Part shown: piece by piece, positions 1 through 13,073 of the stretch
Position numbering within the stretch: position 1 is the stretch's first letter
Layout: the number at the start of each line of letters is the position of its first letter
DNA from: Rhizophagus irregularis
Lineage: Eukaryota
DNA length: 64,000 nucleotides
Assembly: GCF_026210795.1 (NCBI RefSeq)
Contig: NC_089429.1
Coordinates: forward strand, 3,844,001 to 3,908,000
Reading direction: 5' to 3'
Position numbers and translations under genes: made by a program
The notes under the pieces: generated by a model
The model's input: only the letters and a program-made list of their open reading frames with translations
Databases searched by the model: none
Told to the model about the DNA's origin: nothing

Positions 1-2283
1 TGTAAAAAGGTTGATAATAAATTTAATCAATAAAGACAGTATATGCAGACGGATTAAAGCTAGTCTAAGCATGTTTAAATCAATTGAGTCAAAGGCCTTA
101 GAAATGTCCTGAGAAACAATCCATAACTCTTGGTCATCGCTTTTATCAAAGCGTCGTTGATGAATAATAGCATCAAGCATCTTAATAGGAATGTCAGTGG
201 AACCACCTGGCAATCCAGCAAAATTACCACCTTGGAGCACTTGGTTGTCAGCTAGGATTTTTGAAAGACGAGTTGTAACGACCTTAACCATACATTTTCG
301 TACAGTTTCCAACAAAGTGATAGGTCACGTATTCTTTAATTGTGCGTCAAATTCATGAGGCTTTGGAATGGGATAAACAAGCGCTTCACGCCAATCAGCA
401 GGAATATCTCCATGAATGAGGCAGGCATTAGCTAAAATAAGGGATAAATTGAAAGCTTCGCCAGTTAAATGTTTGAGCATCTCATAAGAAATTTTTGAAG
501 GACCAGAGGCTTTGTTATTGGGCATAGAATTGAGAATGTTTTTCCATTCATCTTCCAAAATAGGAGACATAACCGAGATATATAACGACGAATCAATATC
601 AGAAAGAGGAGTATATGCTCTTTGCCATCGTGGAGGAAATGAATCCATAGAAGAATACTGGACCAAAGGAGGAGTAACAACCGATTGGAAGTGGTTAATA
701 GCAGCTTGCTTGATATCTGAAGGATCAGTAAGTAAAGTGGGTTTAGAGTCAATAACAACCAAGACTCTATCTAGAATGATAGAACGATGTTCCACTGATA
801 GGGCTGAAGAAATAAAGGAGCCCGGGGACGTAGAGAAATGTTCATCTCTAAGAGCAGTATAATATTCAATGGAATCTACACGATGTTGCTGAAATTGCAT
901 GGAAAGATATGCTGAGACCAAAGTTTTCTGCGAACGCAAAAATTTGATAAAAGCGGGAAGTGGTGTTGTACTATAATTAGGTATAGTATAATCTTTTAAA
1001 AGAGATTTGAGAAGAGATAATTGTGTAGACAAAGAGTTAATCATCTGTGAAATTTGAGCTGGACGACTAGGCCGAGTCGTGGTCAGTTTGAATAATAATC
1101 TATCCAAAAATTTGTTGATAGCAATAAGCATCGTAAGCTCAGGAGGATGTTTATGGTGATGGGTATTGGATACATATTGAAATGGTAGAGAATCAATGGC
1201 ACCACCAAGAATAGAACGTTTAAGAGCGTGCCAAAGTTTGTCCAAAGAAAGAGCTGAAAGTGAAGATATAGAAGGATGATGTGTGGTCAAATACAACTCA
1301 AGACGCGAGTTTACTTCAATAGAAAATTTGTCCCAAGTATCATCTTTCAAATTCTTGTAGAGAAAAATGGTGCGTTGTTCGCTTTTTTGTTTTAATCTAG
1401 CTTTAGCTAGAGTAGCGAAACAGGAGCTAAAATCAAAAGCCGTTATAAGTACACGGTGATCAGTGAATGGATTGTCATTTAATTTAGGACAAGATTCAAC
1501 ATGAGAGAAAAGACCGGGAGCAGGAAAACCAGGGGATGACCAAATATAATCAAGTCTTGAAGAACCATTCTGATGATAAAAGGTAGGACTAGGACCTGAA
1601 AATGAAGAAATATGGGATTGATGATCTGTAAAATATTGAGAGGAGAGTGATCGTAAAACTTTTAAATGATGTTGAGGAAGGTGTGAATGTGAAAGTTCAT
1701 CTGCATTAAAATCACCAAGGATTACTACATGATAATTATTAGAACGGGCTTTATCAAGCCATAAATTAAGTTGTGCAAAAATAGCATCTCGTTTTTTATA
1801 ATGAATAGAGTGATAAAGAGGAATATAAACAGAAATAATAGAAATTTTTGTTTGATGGAAAAAAAGATCCAATTTTAAAAGACGACCTTTCCAAGGATCA
1901 ATCTTCTGAACATGTTTGTGTAAAGGATGGCGCAGTAAAAGACCAACACCATCATGAGGTCGTGAATTAGAAGGGGAAGGTGCCCAATAGGATTTAAAAT
2001 TATAATGGGAATGTTCATTCTGATAAATAAATTTAGCACTGGAAGAAGTAAGACGAGTATCATTTAAAGATAAAACGCCAAAGGAAGAATGCAAAAAATA
2101 ATTTAACAAATGCAATTGTCGAACAGGGGAGCACAAACCATTAACATTGATTTGCCCAAAGTTAATAAGAGGGGAAGAAAGAGAAGGAGAAGAGGGATTA
2201 TTAAAACTATTATTATTAGGTAACGCACTATTAGGGGGGTGAAATCCCTGTGATGCACCCGATATAAATTGGTGTTCAATCAT
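1..2283 (-). pseudogene. LINE-A ORF2 (APE endonuclease + start of reverse transcriptase), premature stop at 325-327
   Basis: APE motifs QINVNGL, GVGLL, ILGDFNA, SRLDYIW, TDHR. RT-region motifs KASGPS and WREALVYPIPKP. TGA replaces CGA in NT[R]PITLLE, and the frame continues (GNFAGLPGGST, SQDISKAFDS) to base 1. Confidence 0.93.
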
Positions 2284-4400
2284 TAGAAGGGGAGGGTTTT
2301 AAGGGAGAGAAGGAGTCCAATTTTTCCATAATCGAACCAAGTTGGGCAGAAAGATTCTTTTGTGTATTAGTAACATTAAAAATTTCTGATTGCAAACGGG
2401 AAGTTGTAACGTCAGGGGTGATATTAATAGGGCGGGAGACAGGTAAGGGGACATGTCGGTTTGATAGGACAGAGCTAGGATCCAAAGCTGAGAAGGAGGC
2501 ATCAGGAGAAACGTCCATAAGAGAAGAGGAAGTGTGGGGAGGAAGATTGAATCCAGAATTCGTGTCTCAGATTGGAGCATCATCCCATCCATTGTCATAA
2601 GAAAGATTGTAATGGTTATGATCATTTGGAGGCGAATGCAATTTAGAGTCGTCAGGGGCATCATAATTCATCATTGATTCCAGCTCAGATAGCCTATACT
2701 CATGAGCCGTGATAGTATCATTCATCCAAGAGACAGTTTCCTCGAGAGTATGGAGGGTGTTAGCGATCTCTTTGATCTGCACCTTTAATTCATCAATAAC
2801 ATGCTGAGGAAGTGTAAGGGCAGGACTGTCAGATGAAGAAGTAGGTGTTGTAGAAACGATAGAATGAGGTCTGTGCGGAGGTTGAGTAGGTCCGGAAGAA
2901 TTATCATTGTTCCTGGAATTATTATTAGTATTGTTGGTCCGGTTGCTATTTCGAGAAGTATTGGGACGAGAAGTGTTAGAATTATTATGGCTGTTATTAG
3001 AGCGAGATGAAAAGGAATTATTATTGCGAGATCGAGAATTGGAACGCAATCTTGAACGGGAATTAGAATTGTCACGTGATTGTCGTGAGTCCTGACGGCC
3101 ACGTCTAGGGCCAGCATTGAAGCGAGAGTAAAGTTTGTTGAGGCGATCGTTCACTTTCCGTGTGGGACGGGGATTGCACTTAGAGGGAGAACAACCAGGA
3201 CGCCCACAAACGTGGCATAAAATTTGTGCTTCATTGGGAGGGTGCCATGTTAGTCCTTTGCCGCGGAAAGCCACGGTCATTTCTTTGGCGGCTTCAAGAG
3301 ATTCAAACGAGGAGAAATTCAAATATACATAGGGTTTAGGCTTGTAAGAACTGACAGACAAGGGGACATTAAGGGCCTTAGCATTGACTTGAGTAGCAAT
3401 TTCTAACAGATCAGCTTCTTTAATATTCTTCGGAATGCCGGCAAGAATAGCAACATGTTCTCTGCAGCTATCGCGTTGGGATTTCGAAAAGGATGCCGGG
3501 CAGATACGTAAAGAATTACCAAGGCAAATAATTGCCCAAATATCATTAAATTGGGTAATTGCATCCGTGGAAGAAAACTGGATATGTCCATTATAGTAAT
3601 GGTTTCTAGGGGTAAGTTTGCACTTGATTACGGTACCATATCAGGAAAATGCCTGACGGACTTGAGTCTCAGTAAGGAAAAGTGGGATGTCGGTAACAAA
3701 TAAAGACTTCGCTTCGTCATTGAGTTTGGCATCTGCAGGAGAATAATGCATAAAGGCTAAATTGAGAAGATCTGCACGTGGGGAGCTGACACAATCGGTA
3801 TAATCATGCTGATCATTAAAGAAGACAAGGATCTTTTTGTTATCTCCTGATCCATCGCAGCGTGCGCGCGGGCACCATATGAGGAATATCGGGAGAGTGA
3901 ACAATCCACTTCCGTCACACATGGAGCGATTGGTGGTAAATTTAGCTTTGAACGCGTCAGGGCACGTCGCGTAGATAAGCCGCAGCATGATAACGAGAGG
4001 GTGCGGATTTGATAGCAGCAGCATTACCATCGGGGGATGGTTGGCGTTCTGGAATATCAAAGGCAACAGCTTTGCCTTTACCATCGGTGTTGGAGGGAGC
4101 ATGGATAGAAGCGTCAACAGTTTCAACAGGAGTAGTAGTAGTATGAGGAGAGGTAATCACTTGGACTTTGTTGACAGGAAGACCAGAAGGAACGGAAGAA
4201 GTAAGGGTGGGAGCAGGAGCAGAGGGCGAAGTTATATCAACATTCATAGTATCATCAGTAACAATACGTGAACGTTTATTAGGCACGCCAGCGGTAGTCG
4301 TGGGAGACAAAGGTCGGTCTCCAGAGGGAGTAGAAGTAATAGGACGCGGTGGCGGCAGAATATCCGGGTTAATAACAGAAGGAGCTGGAGATGAAGACAT
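2276..4400 (-). pseudogene. LINE-A ORF1 (RRM-like domains, CxxC knuckle, R/S/N-rich tract, coiled coil), disrupted
   Basis: ORF pieces 3957-4400, 3641-4126, 2567-3361 and 2276-2518 align to ORF1 of LINE-B (LFVTDIPLF, SYKPKPYVY, GLTWH, LCHVCGRP). Its stop overlaps the ORF2 ATG (AATGATTGA). Confidence 0.88.
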
Positions 4401-4475
4401 AGTAGAGGCTCAGTAAAGAGGAAGGCAACTGAAGAAATATTAGTATTTAGAACGAGCACCATATTTGGTGATTAT

Positions 4476-4561
4476 GAGCAAACAGTCTTATGACTTTATC
4501 TTTTATTATTAAATTTAAACGAAAAGTACAATAAACAAATCGAACAATATTACAAAAATCA
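4476..4561 (-). mobile_element. 86 bp 5'-truncated LINE 3' end with 18 bp target-site duplication
   Basis: The reverse complement (ATTTTTGTAATATTGTTCGAT...AAAAGATAAAGTCATAAGACTGTTTGC) matches the LINE-B terminus 12982-13055. It is flanked by ACCATATTTGGTGATTAT at 4458-4475 and 4562-4579. Confidence 0.9.
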
Positions 4562-4684
4562 ACCATATTTGGTGATTATAAAGAGATGTGACTATATAAA
4601 AAATTTCTTATATTTGTATATCATAATTCCGGCCAAAAATTAACATAATTTAAGCTAGAATTATACTTAAAACTTTATTGTATC

Positions 4685-5213
4685 GTAACTTCGCCAATAT
4701 TAATCGCAGAGAGATGATCTTACTGCCATTCGATTCGTCTTGATGAGACGGTTCTAATGGTATAAAATACGTCGAAATCCAGTCACTAGATTAATTTCCG
4801 AAATTAAAAAAAAAAAAAAATATTAATGGTTTTTGTGTAATAACTCTGCCAATATTTATCCTAGAAAGACGATCTTACTACCGTTCGATTCGTCTTGATG
4901 AGACGAATCTAATGGTATAAGATACATCGAAATCCAATCACTAGATCAATTTCCGAAATTAAAAAATATTAAATGGTTTTTAAGTAATAACTCCGTCAAT
5001 ATTGATCACAAAGAGATAAGCTTACCACCATTCGATTCGTCTCAATGAGGCGATTCCAACGAGCTATAAATCGTCTTTTTACAATTACTAGGTACCGAGA
5101 AATCTAGCAAAATGTTAACTGGCGCAGTAAACGTAAATCAAGAAATATTATAATGACGATGTTTAACATTTTGTTGAATAACTCGTCAGCCAGTGATCGG
5201 AAAAGATTAAAAC
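4685..5213. repeat. ~150 bp tandem repeat with TTCGTCTY-N3-GAGACG palindromic core; the 4th copy is split by the LINE/SINE block
   Basis: CCRTTCGATTCGTCT at 4726, 4881 and 5028. The fourth copy begins ~5175-5213 and resumes at 16163 (TGCCACCATTCGATTTGTCTTAGTGAGACG). Confidence 0.85.
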
Positions 5214-5351
5214 AAAAAGGATAAAACTAACTCTCTCCCGTTCTGCTCACTTGACAATATTTACGAAAAAAATAAAAAATTTTTTCGGAGTTTTTTATTA
5301 CTTTTTCTTTATAATTTCTTTATTTTAGATAACTACTACGACACTTTACAA

Positions 5352-7371
5352 ATGGGTAAAGATAACAAAAAGAAAAATAACCAGTCTAACAAAGATACTA
5401 CATCTAAACGTCCTGCCTCTAGCTCTCCTACTGGCAACGTTTCTGGTCAAGGTTCCTCTATGTCTGGCCCTTCGAACACTCCACCTTCGACCGCCTCTAC
5501 TAATAAACGTACCAGAGTCAGTGCTGATGACTCTGTCATGGATGTTGATAAACCTCTCACGCCTCCTGGCCCTGTTGAGACAACTTCCGCTGAGATACCT
5601 TCTCAACCCGATACCTCCTCTCTCGATGCTTCGCAACACGCCCCTGCTAACAACAACGATAAAGGCAAAAGCCCTGAAATTACTCCCGCAGTCTCCTTCC
5701 CTGAACGTGCTGCCTCTCCGGACGCGTCCCAAGCTGCAGTACAATCTCAACCTACACTTTTCTACGCCGGCCGCTCCTAATGACGTCGATGGCTTTTGGA
5801 ATCACTTCGCTTCGAACCGCGACGCGTGCGACGCGGTTGATCGACAACTTTCCTTATTCTCCTCTTATGGTAGTCGTGCCACGTGTAGTGGATCCAACGA
5901 TTTGAAGAGGATCATCGTCCACTTCCGAAAAAAGGATGATCTTGACACAGCCACAGCTTCCCCTATGGATTCTTTGTTTGGCTTGCATTTCCATGCATAT
6001 GACCCCCAGGCTATTAAAGCAGATGAACACGCGCGTACCCTGGTGGTTACCGACATCCCCCTTTTTATAACTGACGCTCTTTTGCGTGGTACCTTTTCCC
6101 GTTACGGCAATATAGTTCGCTGCCATACCCGTTTATCTAAACTTTATCGTACTGCATACATTACCTTTGAATCTACTGGTGCTTTACAGAACCTCGACTC
6201 TACCTGGGGCGTCCTTTGTGGAGGACATTGTTTGCGAGTTTGCCCCGCTTCTTTCTCTCCTGACCAACGTGCTGAAAGACGCGCTTATGTTGCTTTACTT
6301 GCCGGTCTTCCACGTGGTACTATAGCGGCCGATCTTGCTGAAATTGCCGATGAAATTTCCGCTAAATCTATCAATGTTCCCTTCTCTATGAATTCCTACA
6401 ATCCCAAACCTTACGCCTATTGCCATTTTGCCTCTGAAACGGCTATGGAAAATGCTAAATCTATTTCATGTGCCCTCAAGAAAGTTGGCCTTACCTGGCA
6501 TTCTCCGGACGAAGTCACTTCTCTTTGTCATCGATGTGGTCGCCCTAATTGTAACCCTGATCGATGTGGTTCTTCATCTAGACCTAATCGCCCTCCTCGC
6601 CCTTGGCAATCTAATGATAAATTACGTGCTTTATATAACAAGCATCTACCTCCTTCTCATCCTGCTAAACGACATAACCGTTTTGCCCGCCCTGATAACA
6701 ATAATGATGGACAAAGCCGTACCAATGCTTCTCGCCATCGTTCTAAATCCAGAACTAATAACCGACAACAATCTCGTTCTCGTTCTCAACGCCGACCATG
6801 GAATCGCGATAATCTCAATAATAATAATAATGATCAACGTCGTCGCATTCCTGATGAAAAGGAACTTGATCACTACGCTGATGGCATGGATGTTACATAC
6901 CCTGCTCCTCCTACTGTGCTTACTGATTGGAAATCTATTGGTGCTGCTCTTGAAAAAGTAGTTGAAGAATTAGCCCTTCTTACCACACAATTTGCTACAA
7001 TGAACAGCCGCATCACTAATTTGGAATCTGCTATGGCTGCTCGTGCTCCTATTCCTGGCCCTTTTGTCACTAAACCTCCTTCCTACATCCCTTCCTCTAT
7101 GCAAGGATGGGATGATACAGTAAATCGAAATGATAATAATATCCTCGTTGATGTTAATTCTCCTCCTTTGCAATCAACAAGTGGTTTTTCACCGATTCCT
7201 CATTTTGCTCCCATTCCACCTTCCAACGTCGCTCCTTCCTCCCCTATTGATATGGAACAGCGTCTCTCCTCTCTTTCTGATACTGTTGCCTCTTTGGCTG
7301 GCTCGATTAAAGAAGGAATCCAACAAAACAACCTCATCTTAGCTCGGCAACAAGGCCAAGCTAATCAATAA
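5352..7371 (+). pseudogene. LINE-B ORF1 (RRM-like x2, CHRC knuckle, coiled coil), one frameshift near 5770
   Basis: ORF 5352-5780 (MGKDNKKK) joins 5521-7371 (TLVVTDIPLFITDALLRGTFSRYGNI, AYITF, YAYCHF, LCHRCGRPNC). Confidence 0.88.
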
Positions 7372-7420
7372 TTGTTCTCTTTTTCCCCCTTCTTTATTAC
7401 CGATTTATCAGTGTGTAATA

Positions 7421-10400
7421 ATGATGGACAACAATAAACATAATTTTTCCCCTCACCCCTCTCCCCTTATTAAATTTGGTCAATTAAATGTTAATGGTTT
7501 ATGTTCCCCAGTTCGACAACAACATTTGCTTAATTTTTTTCTCCACTCCTCTTTTGGTGCTTTATCTATTAATGATACGCGTCTTTCCCCTGCAAATGCT
7601 AAATTTATTTTCAAAATGAACACTCCCAACATCACTTTAAGTCCTATTGGGCTTGTTCATCTTCTTCTTCTCGCCCTCATGATGGTGTTGGCATTTTGTT
7701 ACGTAATCCCCTTCATAAACATGTTCAAACGATTGATCCTTGGAACGGTCGACTTCTTAAATTAGACTTGTTCTTTCATCAAACTAAAATTTCTATTATT
7801 TCTATATATTATCCCCCTTCTGGTTCTGTTCATCAATCTATTTGCAATGATCTTATTGCCAAACTTCTTTCTTGGCTCGATTATGCCCGAGCTAATAATT
7901 ATTTTGTAGTTATTCTTGGCGACTTCAATGTTGATGCAATCGCTCATTCTAATTATTCACCTAATCATTTTAAGCTTCTTCGCTTGCTTTCTTCTCGGTT
8001 TTTTACCGATCATCAAGCTCATTCCTCTACAAATGGTCCTGATCCCACTTTCTTTCATGATAATGGATCTTCTAGACTGGATTATATTTGGTCTTCACCT
8101 GGTTTTCCTGCCCCTGGTCTTTTTTCGCAAGTGGTTACTTGCCCGGATCTCTTTGATCGTCCTTTTACAGATCACAAAGTTCTTTCAACTGTTTTTGATT
8201 TCAGTTCTTGCCTGGCTATTTTGGCTAAATCTCGTCTTAAACAAAAACAAGAATTGCGTACTATTTTCTCTTACGCTTCCACTTCAGTTGAACAATGGAA
8301 TAATTTTACCACTGAAGTAGATGATTCTCTTGGAGTTTATTTAGATAGACAATATCACCCCAATTTTGATTTCTCCTCTCTTTCTCTTGATCGTATGTGG
8401 CATGCATTGAAAGCTGCCATAATTAGTGCTGCAATTGAAACCTTACCCTTTCAAAAAGTCTCCAATACACACCGACATTCGTACTCTCCTGAATTAACTA
8501 AACTTATTGCTATTAACAAGTTTTTAGATCGATTTTTATATCGCCTTACTACTCGTCGTTCTAATCGGCCTACTCAGATTGCGCAAATGACTGCCGCTTT
8601 GCCCTCCCATCTTGAAAATCTTGCATCCTTACTTCCTGATTACTCAGTTCCTACTTATTCTACAACCCCTGCATCTGTATTTAAATCGTTTTTACGATCA
8701 CAGAAGACTTTAGTTTCTGCCTTTTTATCTACCAAATTCGCCCAACATCTTACGGACTCAGTGGAATATTATACTGCACTACGTGACGAACACTTTTCGA
8801 ACTCGCTCGGCACCTTTATCGATTCTGCCTTATCAGTAGAAAAACGTTCAATTGTTCTTGACCGTGTTCTGGTCGTTTTGGACTCAACTCCTACTTTATT
8901 AACGGATCCTTCGGATATTAAACATGCGGCTGTTTCTCATTTTCAATCAATTGTTTCTCCTCCGTTGGTCCACTATTCTTCCATCACTTCATTTCCCGCC
9001 CGATGGCAACAAGCTTACACTCCTTTTACAAATGTGTCTGCTTCATTATATGATCCTGTTTTGGCGCCTATTTCCCTACAAGAATGGTCTGATGTGATTT
9101 CCTCCATGCCAAATAACAAAGCTTCCGGCCCTTCAAAAATTTCTTATGAGATGATTAAACATCTGTCCGGTGAAGCCTTGGATTTCTCTCTTTTACTGGC
9201 CAATACCTGCCTTTCTCGCGGTGATATTCCTGCTGACTGGCGTGAAGCTGTGGTTTATCCTATTCCTAAACCTCACGAATTTGATGCTCAACTCAAGAAC
9301 ACTCGACCTATTACTCTTCTGGAAACAGTTCGAAAATGTGTAGTTAAGGTCGTCACGAATCGTCTTTCCAACATCCTTGCTGATAATAAACTTCTTCAAG
9401 GTGGTAATTTTGCTGGTTTACCTGGTGGCTCTACTGATGTCCCTATCAAAATGCTGGATGCGATTATTCATCAACATAAACATGACTCTACTGATGATCA
9501 GGAACTATGGATCGTTTCTCAAGATATCTCTAAAGCTTTTGATTCTATGGATCTAAATATGCTTAAATTAGCTTTAAATAGGTTACATATCCCTGCACTT
9601 TTAGTGCGATTTATTTTAAATCTTTTTACACGACGAAATAATAAGATAATTACTTGTCATGGCGATACAGCTGCTTATAGAGTACGTGTTGGTATCGATC
9701 AAGGAGAAATTATTTCCCCTCTTCTTTGGGTTATTTATTTGGATCCCTTACTCACTGTTTTAAATCAAGAAGCACGAGATCCTTTTATTTTAAAATCTTC
9801 AGCTCTTTTAAATTACTCCCCACTTGAATTTGAACAACATTCTTTACCAATTTCACATTTAACGTTTATGGATGATTCTACACTTATTGCTTCCTCAAAA
9901 TCTGGAATAGAAGACCGTCTTTCTATTACTGCTGAATTTTATACTTTGAATAATGTTCAAGCCAATTCAGCAAAATATGTTCTTCTTTCATCCTCTTCGC
10001 CTTCTTCGGAGATTACTTTTGAATTTTCACCTTCCCTTTTAATTTCCGATATATCTCTTTCCCTTTCTTCTTTACCTCTTAAAACTTCATTTCGTTTTTT
10101 AGGAGTTTGGTTTTCTTTGTCCGCCTCTTCTGATTTTGTTTTGAAACAAGCGCGCTCCATGGTTAAAGATATGGCTGCTCTCTTGGGACCGAAGAAATTA
10201 TTAGCACAACATGTGGCCTATCTCTATAATGCTGTCCTTCTTCCGCGATTGGAATTTCGTCTTCAAACTACCCTTTTCTCTGAAAGTACTATTCAATCAA
10301 TAGTCAAGCCTATGTTTTCAGTACTCCGAAGAAAAGCTGGTCTTGCTGCGACTACCCCGTTGGCCTTATTATTTCTCAAACTTCCATTTTCGCTTTAGAA

Positions 10401-12805
10401 TGCTTTTTATCGATTCCTTTCTTCCCATATCGCATCTTGGCAAAAAATTTTCACTCATCCTGATTTTACAGATTTTGCCCTTTATGCTATTTCCTATCTT
10501 CAAGGATACTTGGGTGCTGAAAGTTGCCCGACTACTATTAACCTAGAACCATGGTCGCATATTGTTTCTTTACGAACGCATACCTTGTTTAATTCGCTTT
10601 TGTTTTCTTCGCGTTTGAACATCACGTGGTCTTTCTCCTTCCGGCCTCCGAGGCGTGATCTACAACCTGCTTTACCACTCCGATCTATTCTACCACATTC
10701 CATTTTTCAAACAAGTTGGAAACTTTGGAAAAACTTGAATATATTTGTGCTTGCTCAATTGGTTTCTCCTTGTGGACGTTATCTTATGAATTGGCCTGAC
10801 CTTCGTTATCTCGGCATCGTTGGTCGTAAAGGACGGATTCCTAATTGGTTTACTTTTATTAATAATAATTTTCTTTTTTCTTCCTCTTCTACTTTACTTT
10901 TATCTTCATATTTTATTAATTCTTCTTTTACTTTAGCTTCTCCTTGTTTATTAGATCATACTGTTAAAGATTATTCTTTTTATCCTCAATGGGCTATTAA
11001 TCTTGACTCTGCTACTCAAACTTTATCTGTTGGTCGTGTGTGTATCACTTATAAGAAACAAAACTCGGCTATTATGTCTCATTGGCTTCCTGTTTCTACT
11101 GTGGCTGATGAACGATCCTATAACCCTTGTCCTGGTTGTGCGGTTAACATTCCTGCCTTATCCAAGAAATCTGCCATTAAACAGCGCTGTAACAGCGAAA
11201 AGTGTTTTTTCAATGTTACCCTATCAGAAACTGTGGGCTACCCTACCAGAAATGCCAAAGTTTTCGCGGCTTATCTTCCCATTACTCTATCTACTTCATG
11301 GAGTTATGCGACTTCCTTGGCTCTTGTTCATTTTTCAAACGCTTCTCCCGCTCTTTCTCCTCTCTTTATGGATAGAATCGATAGAATTGAAGATACTATT
11401 TTACCACTTTCGGTGCAATCTTTGTACACAGATGGTTCGTTCCATCCTGCCAATGATTCTTCGCCTTCTTCCATGACTTCTGCTTGGATTGCTCTTGATG
11501 ATGATGGACTTGTTCTGGAATCTTCTTCCGCATCTCCCTTCTTACTTTCCTTCCGCTTTGCGCTCTGAAATTTCTGCTGTCCTATTAGGATTGAATGCTC
11601 TTTTCCGTGATTCGTCAATCTCTATTTATACTGATTGTAGTCAGTTAATTTCACTATGGACACGGTTTGTTGATGCTCCTTTCTCACCGAAGTTGCTCCG
11701 AGAACCTAATCATCTTCTTTGGCTTTCTATTCGACAACTTATCATGGATCGTAATCTTAATGTCGAATTGATTAAAGTCCCTGCTCATGACGATGATATC
11801 TACAATATACAAGCGGATTCTTTGGCAAAAGATGCTCATTCGTCTTTAAAACCCACTACTCTACTTTCAACATTTTGTTATGCTCCATGCGTGTTGACTT
11901 TTAACTCCTTGCCAATCGACGTGAATATTCGACATTTTCTCCGCTCTATTGCTGATGCTCGTGCTCTTTTATCTTTCTGTTCACTTGCGCGTTTTACTGC
12001 TCTTGGTGCTCCTTCACTTTTTGATTGGGCTGGTATATATTTTTGCCTTTCACAAATTAAAGGTTTTGCTTCACATAGGAATGGTCGTCCTGAATTTTGG
12101 ATCTTCCGCATTAAACTTCTTCTGGATATGTTGCCTACCTTAACTACTCTTCAACAACGTAAACCTTACTTATATTCTCCTGACTGGCTCTGTCCGCAGT
12201 GTAATTCTGCTCCTGAAGATTTGAATCATCTTTGGACTTGTCCTTATATTTTACCGGAATTAAATCCCTGTTTAACGCACCGGTCTGAAGTCATTAAATT
12301 TAGAGATTCTTGTTTATCTTCTTTCCTTTCCTTGAAATCTTTGGATAATTCCTTTCATACCAATTTTTTTGCTTTGGATTGCTGGAACTATGAAGCTCCT
12401 TCTTCATCTTGTCTTTGGCTTACTCGAGGATTGTTGCCTGCGCATTTAACGGCATTTTTGAATCAATACTTTCCTCTCTCTGTTATATACAAGACTATTT
12501 CTCCCCTTCTTAATGACTTTCAAGTCGAATTATATGGTGAAATTTGGCTGTGTCGGAATGTTCTTTTCCATGCTTGGGAGGAGTCGCAGGGTATCTCGGC
12601 TGCTTCCAAATTACGTGGCCCATCTACAAATTCTTTCCCTAATACTACTTCTCCACAACAACACAACTCTTCTTTGGCGTCAGTTTCTCAGGATTCCTGG
12701 ATTTCTTGGATATCCTCTTCTATAATTTGGGGTGGATCTTGGATCTCGCACTTGGATTTTCTGCGCCGCTTAACAGTTCAACCTCTTAGGATCTCTTTCT
12801 GGTAA
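7421..12805 (+). pseudogene. LINE-B ORF2: APE endonuclease, RT, RNase H, CCHC finger; frameshifts ~7612 and ~11530, stop at 10396-10398
   Basis: APE: GDFN, RLDYIW, TDHK. RT: DISKAFD, QGEIISPLLW, FMDD, FRFLGVW. RNase H: YTDGS, RSEISA, YTDC, KVPAH..NIQADSLAK. Zinc finger: CPQC..EDLNHLWTC. Confidence 0.95.
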
Positions 12806-13073
12806 CGGACTGGATTTTTGGATGTTGGATAGTTGACTCACACTGGCCTTCGGGTAAAGTTGGGGTATGCGATTCTGTAATAGTTCAGTTTTTCTTTGCT
12901 TTAATTTTATTTTAGTTTAGATTTCTTTACTTGTATGAGTCGTGAAGCTACTCTTTTTATTTTTTATTAGTTTATTTTCTTATTTTTGTAATATTGTTCG
13001 ATCATTTTTCGAAGTTCAAAATATAAATAAAAGATAAAGTCGTAAGACTGTTTGCACAGGAAAAGATTAAAAC

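Larger units (their letters stand above)
1..4457 (-). mobile_element. Non-LTR retrotransposon (LINE-A), 3' part runs off the window start
   Basis: ORF1 and APE-RT ORF2 on the - strand, clearly homologous to the + strand LINE at 5.2-13 kb. The 5' boundary is placed at the 18 bp repeat 4458-4475. Confidence 0.93.
5214..13058 (+). mobile_element. Full-length non-LTR retrotransposon (LINE-B) with RNase H, ~7.85 kb
   Basis: ORF1, ORF2 and an AT-rich 3' UTR, flanked by GGAAAAGATTAAAAC(AA) at 5199 and 13059. There is no poly(A) tail; it ends GTCGTAAGACTGTTTGCACA. Confidence 0.95.

Noticed and set aside
465..12725. Numerous antisense and alternate-frame ORFs over the LINEs
   Set aside because: They are shadow ORFs of the real ORF1/ORF2, arising from codon bias.
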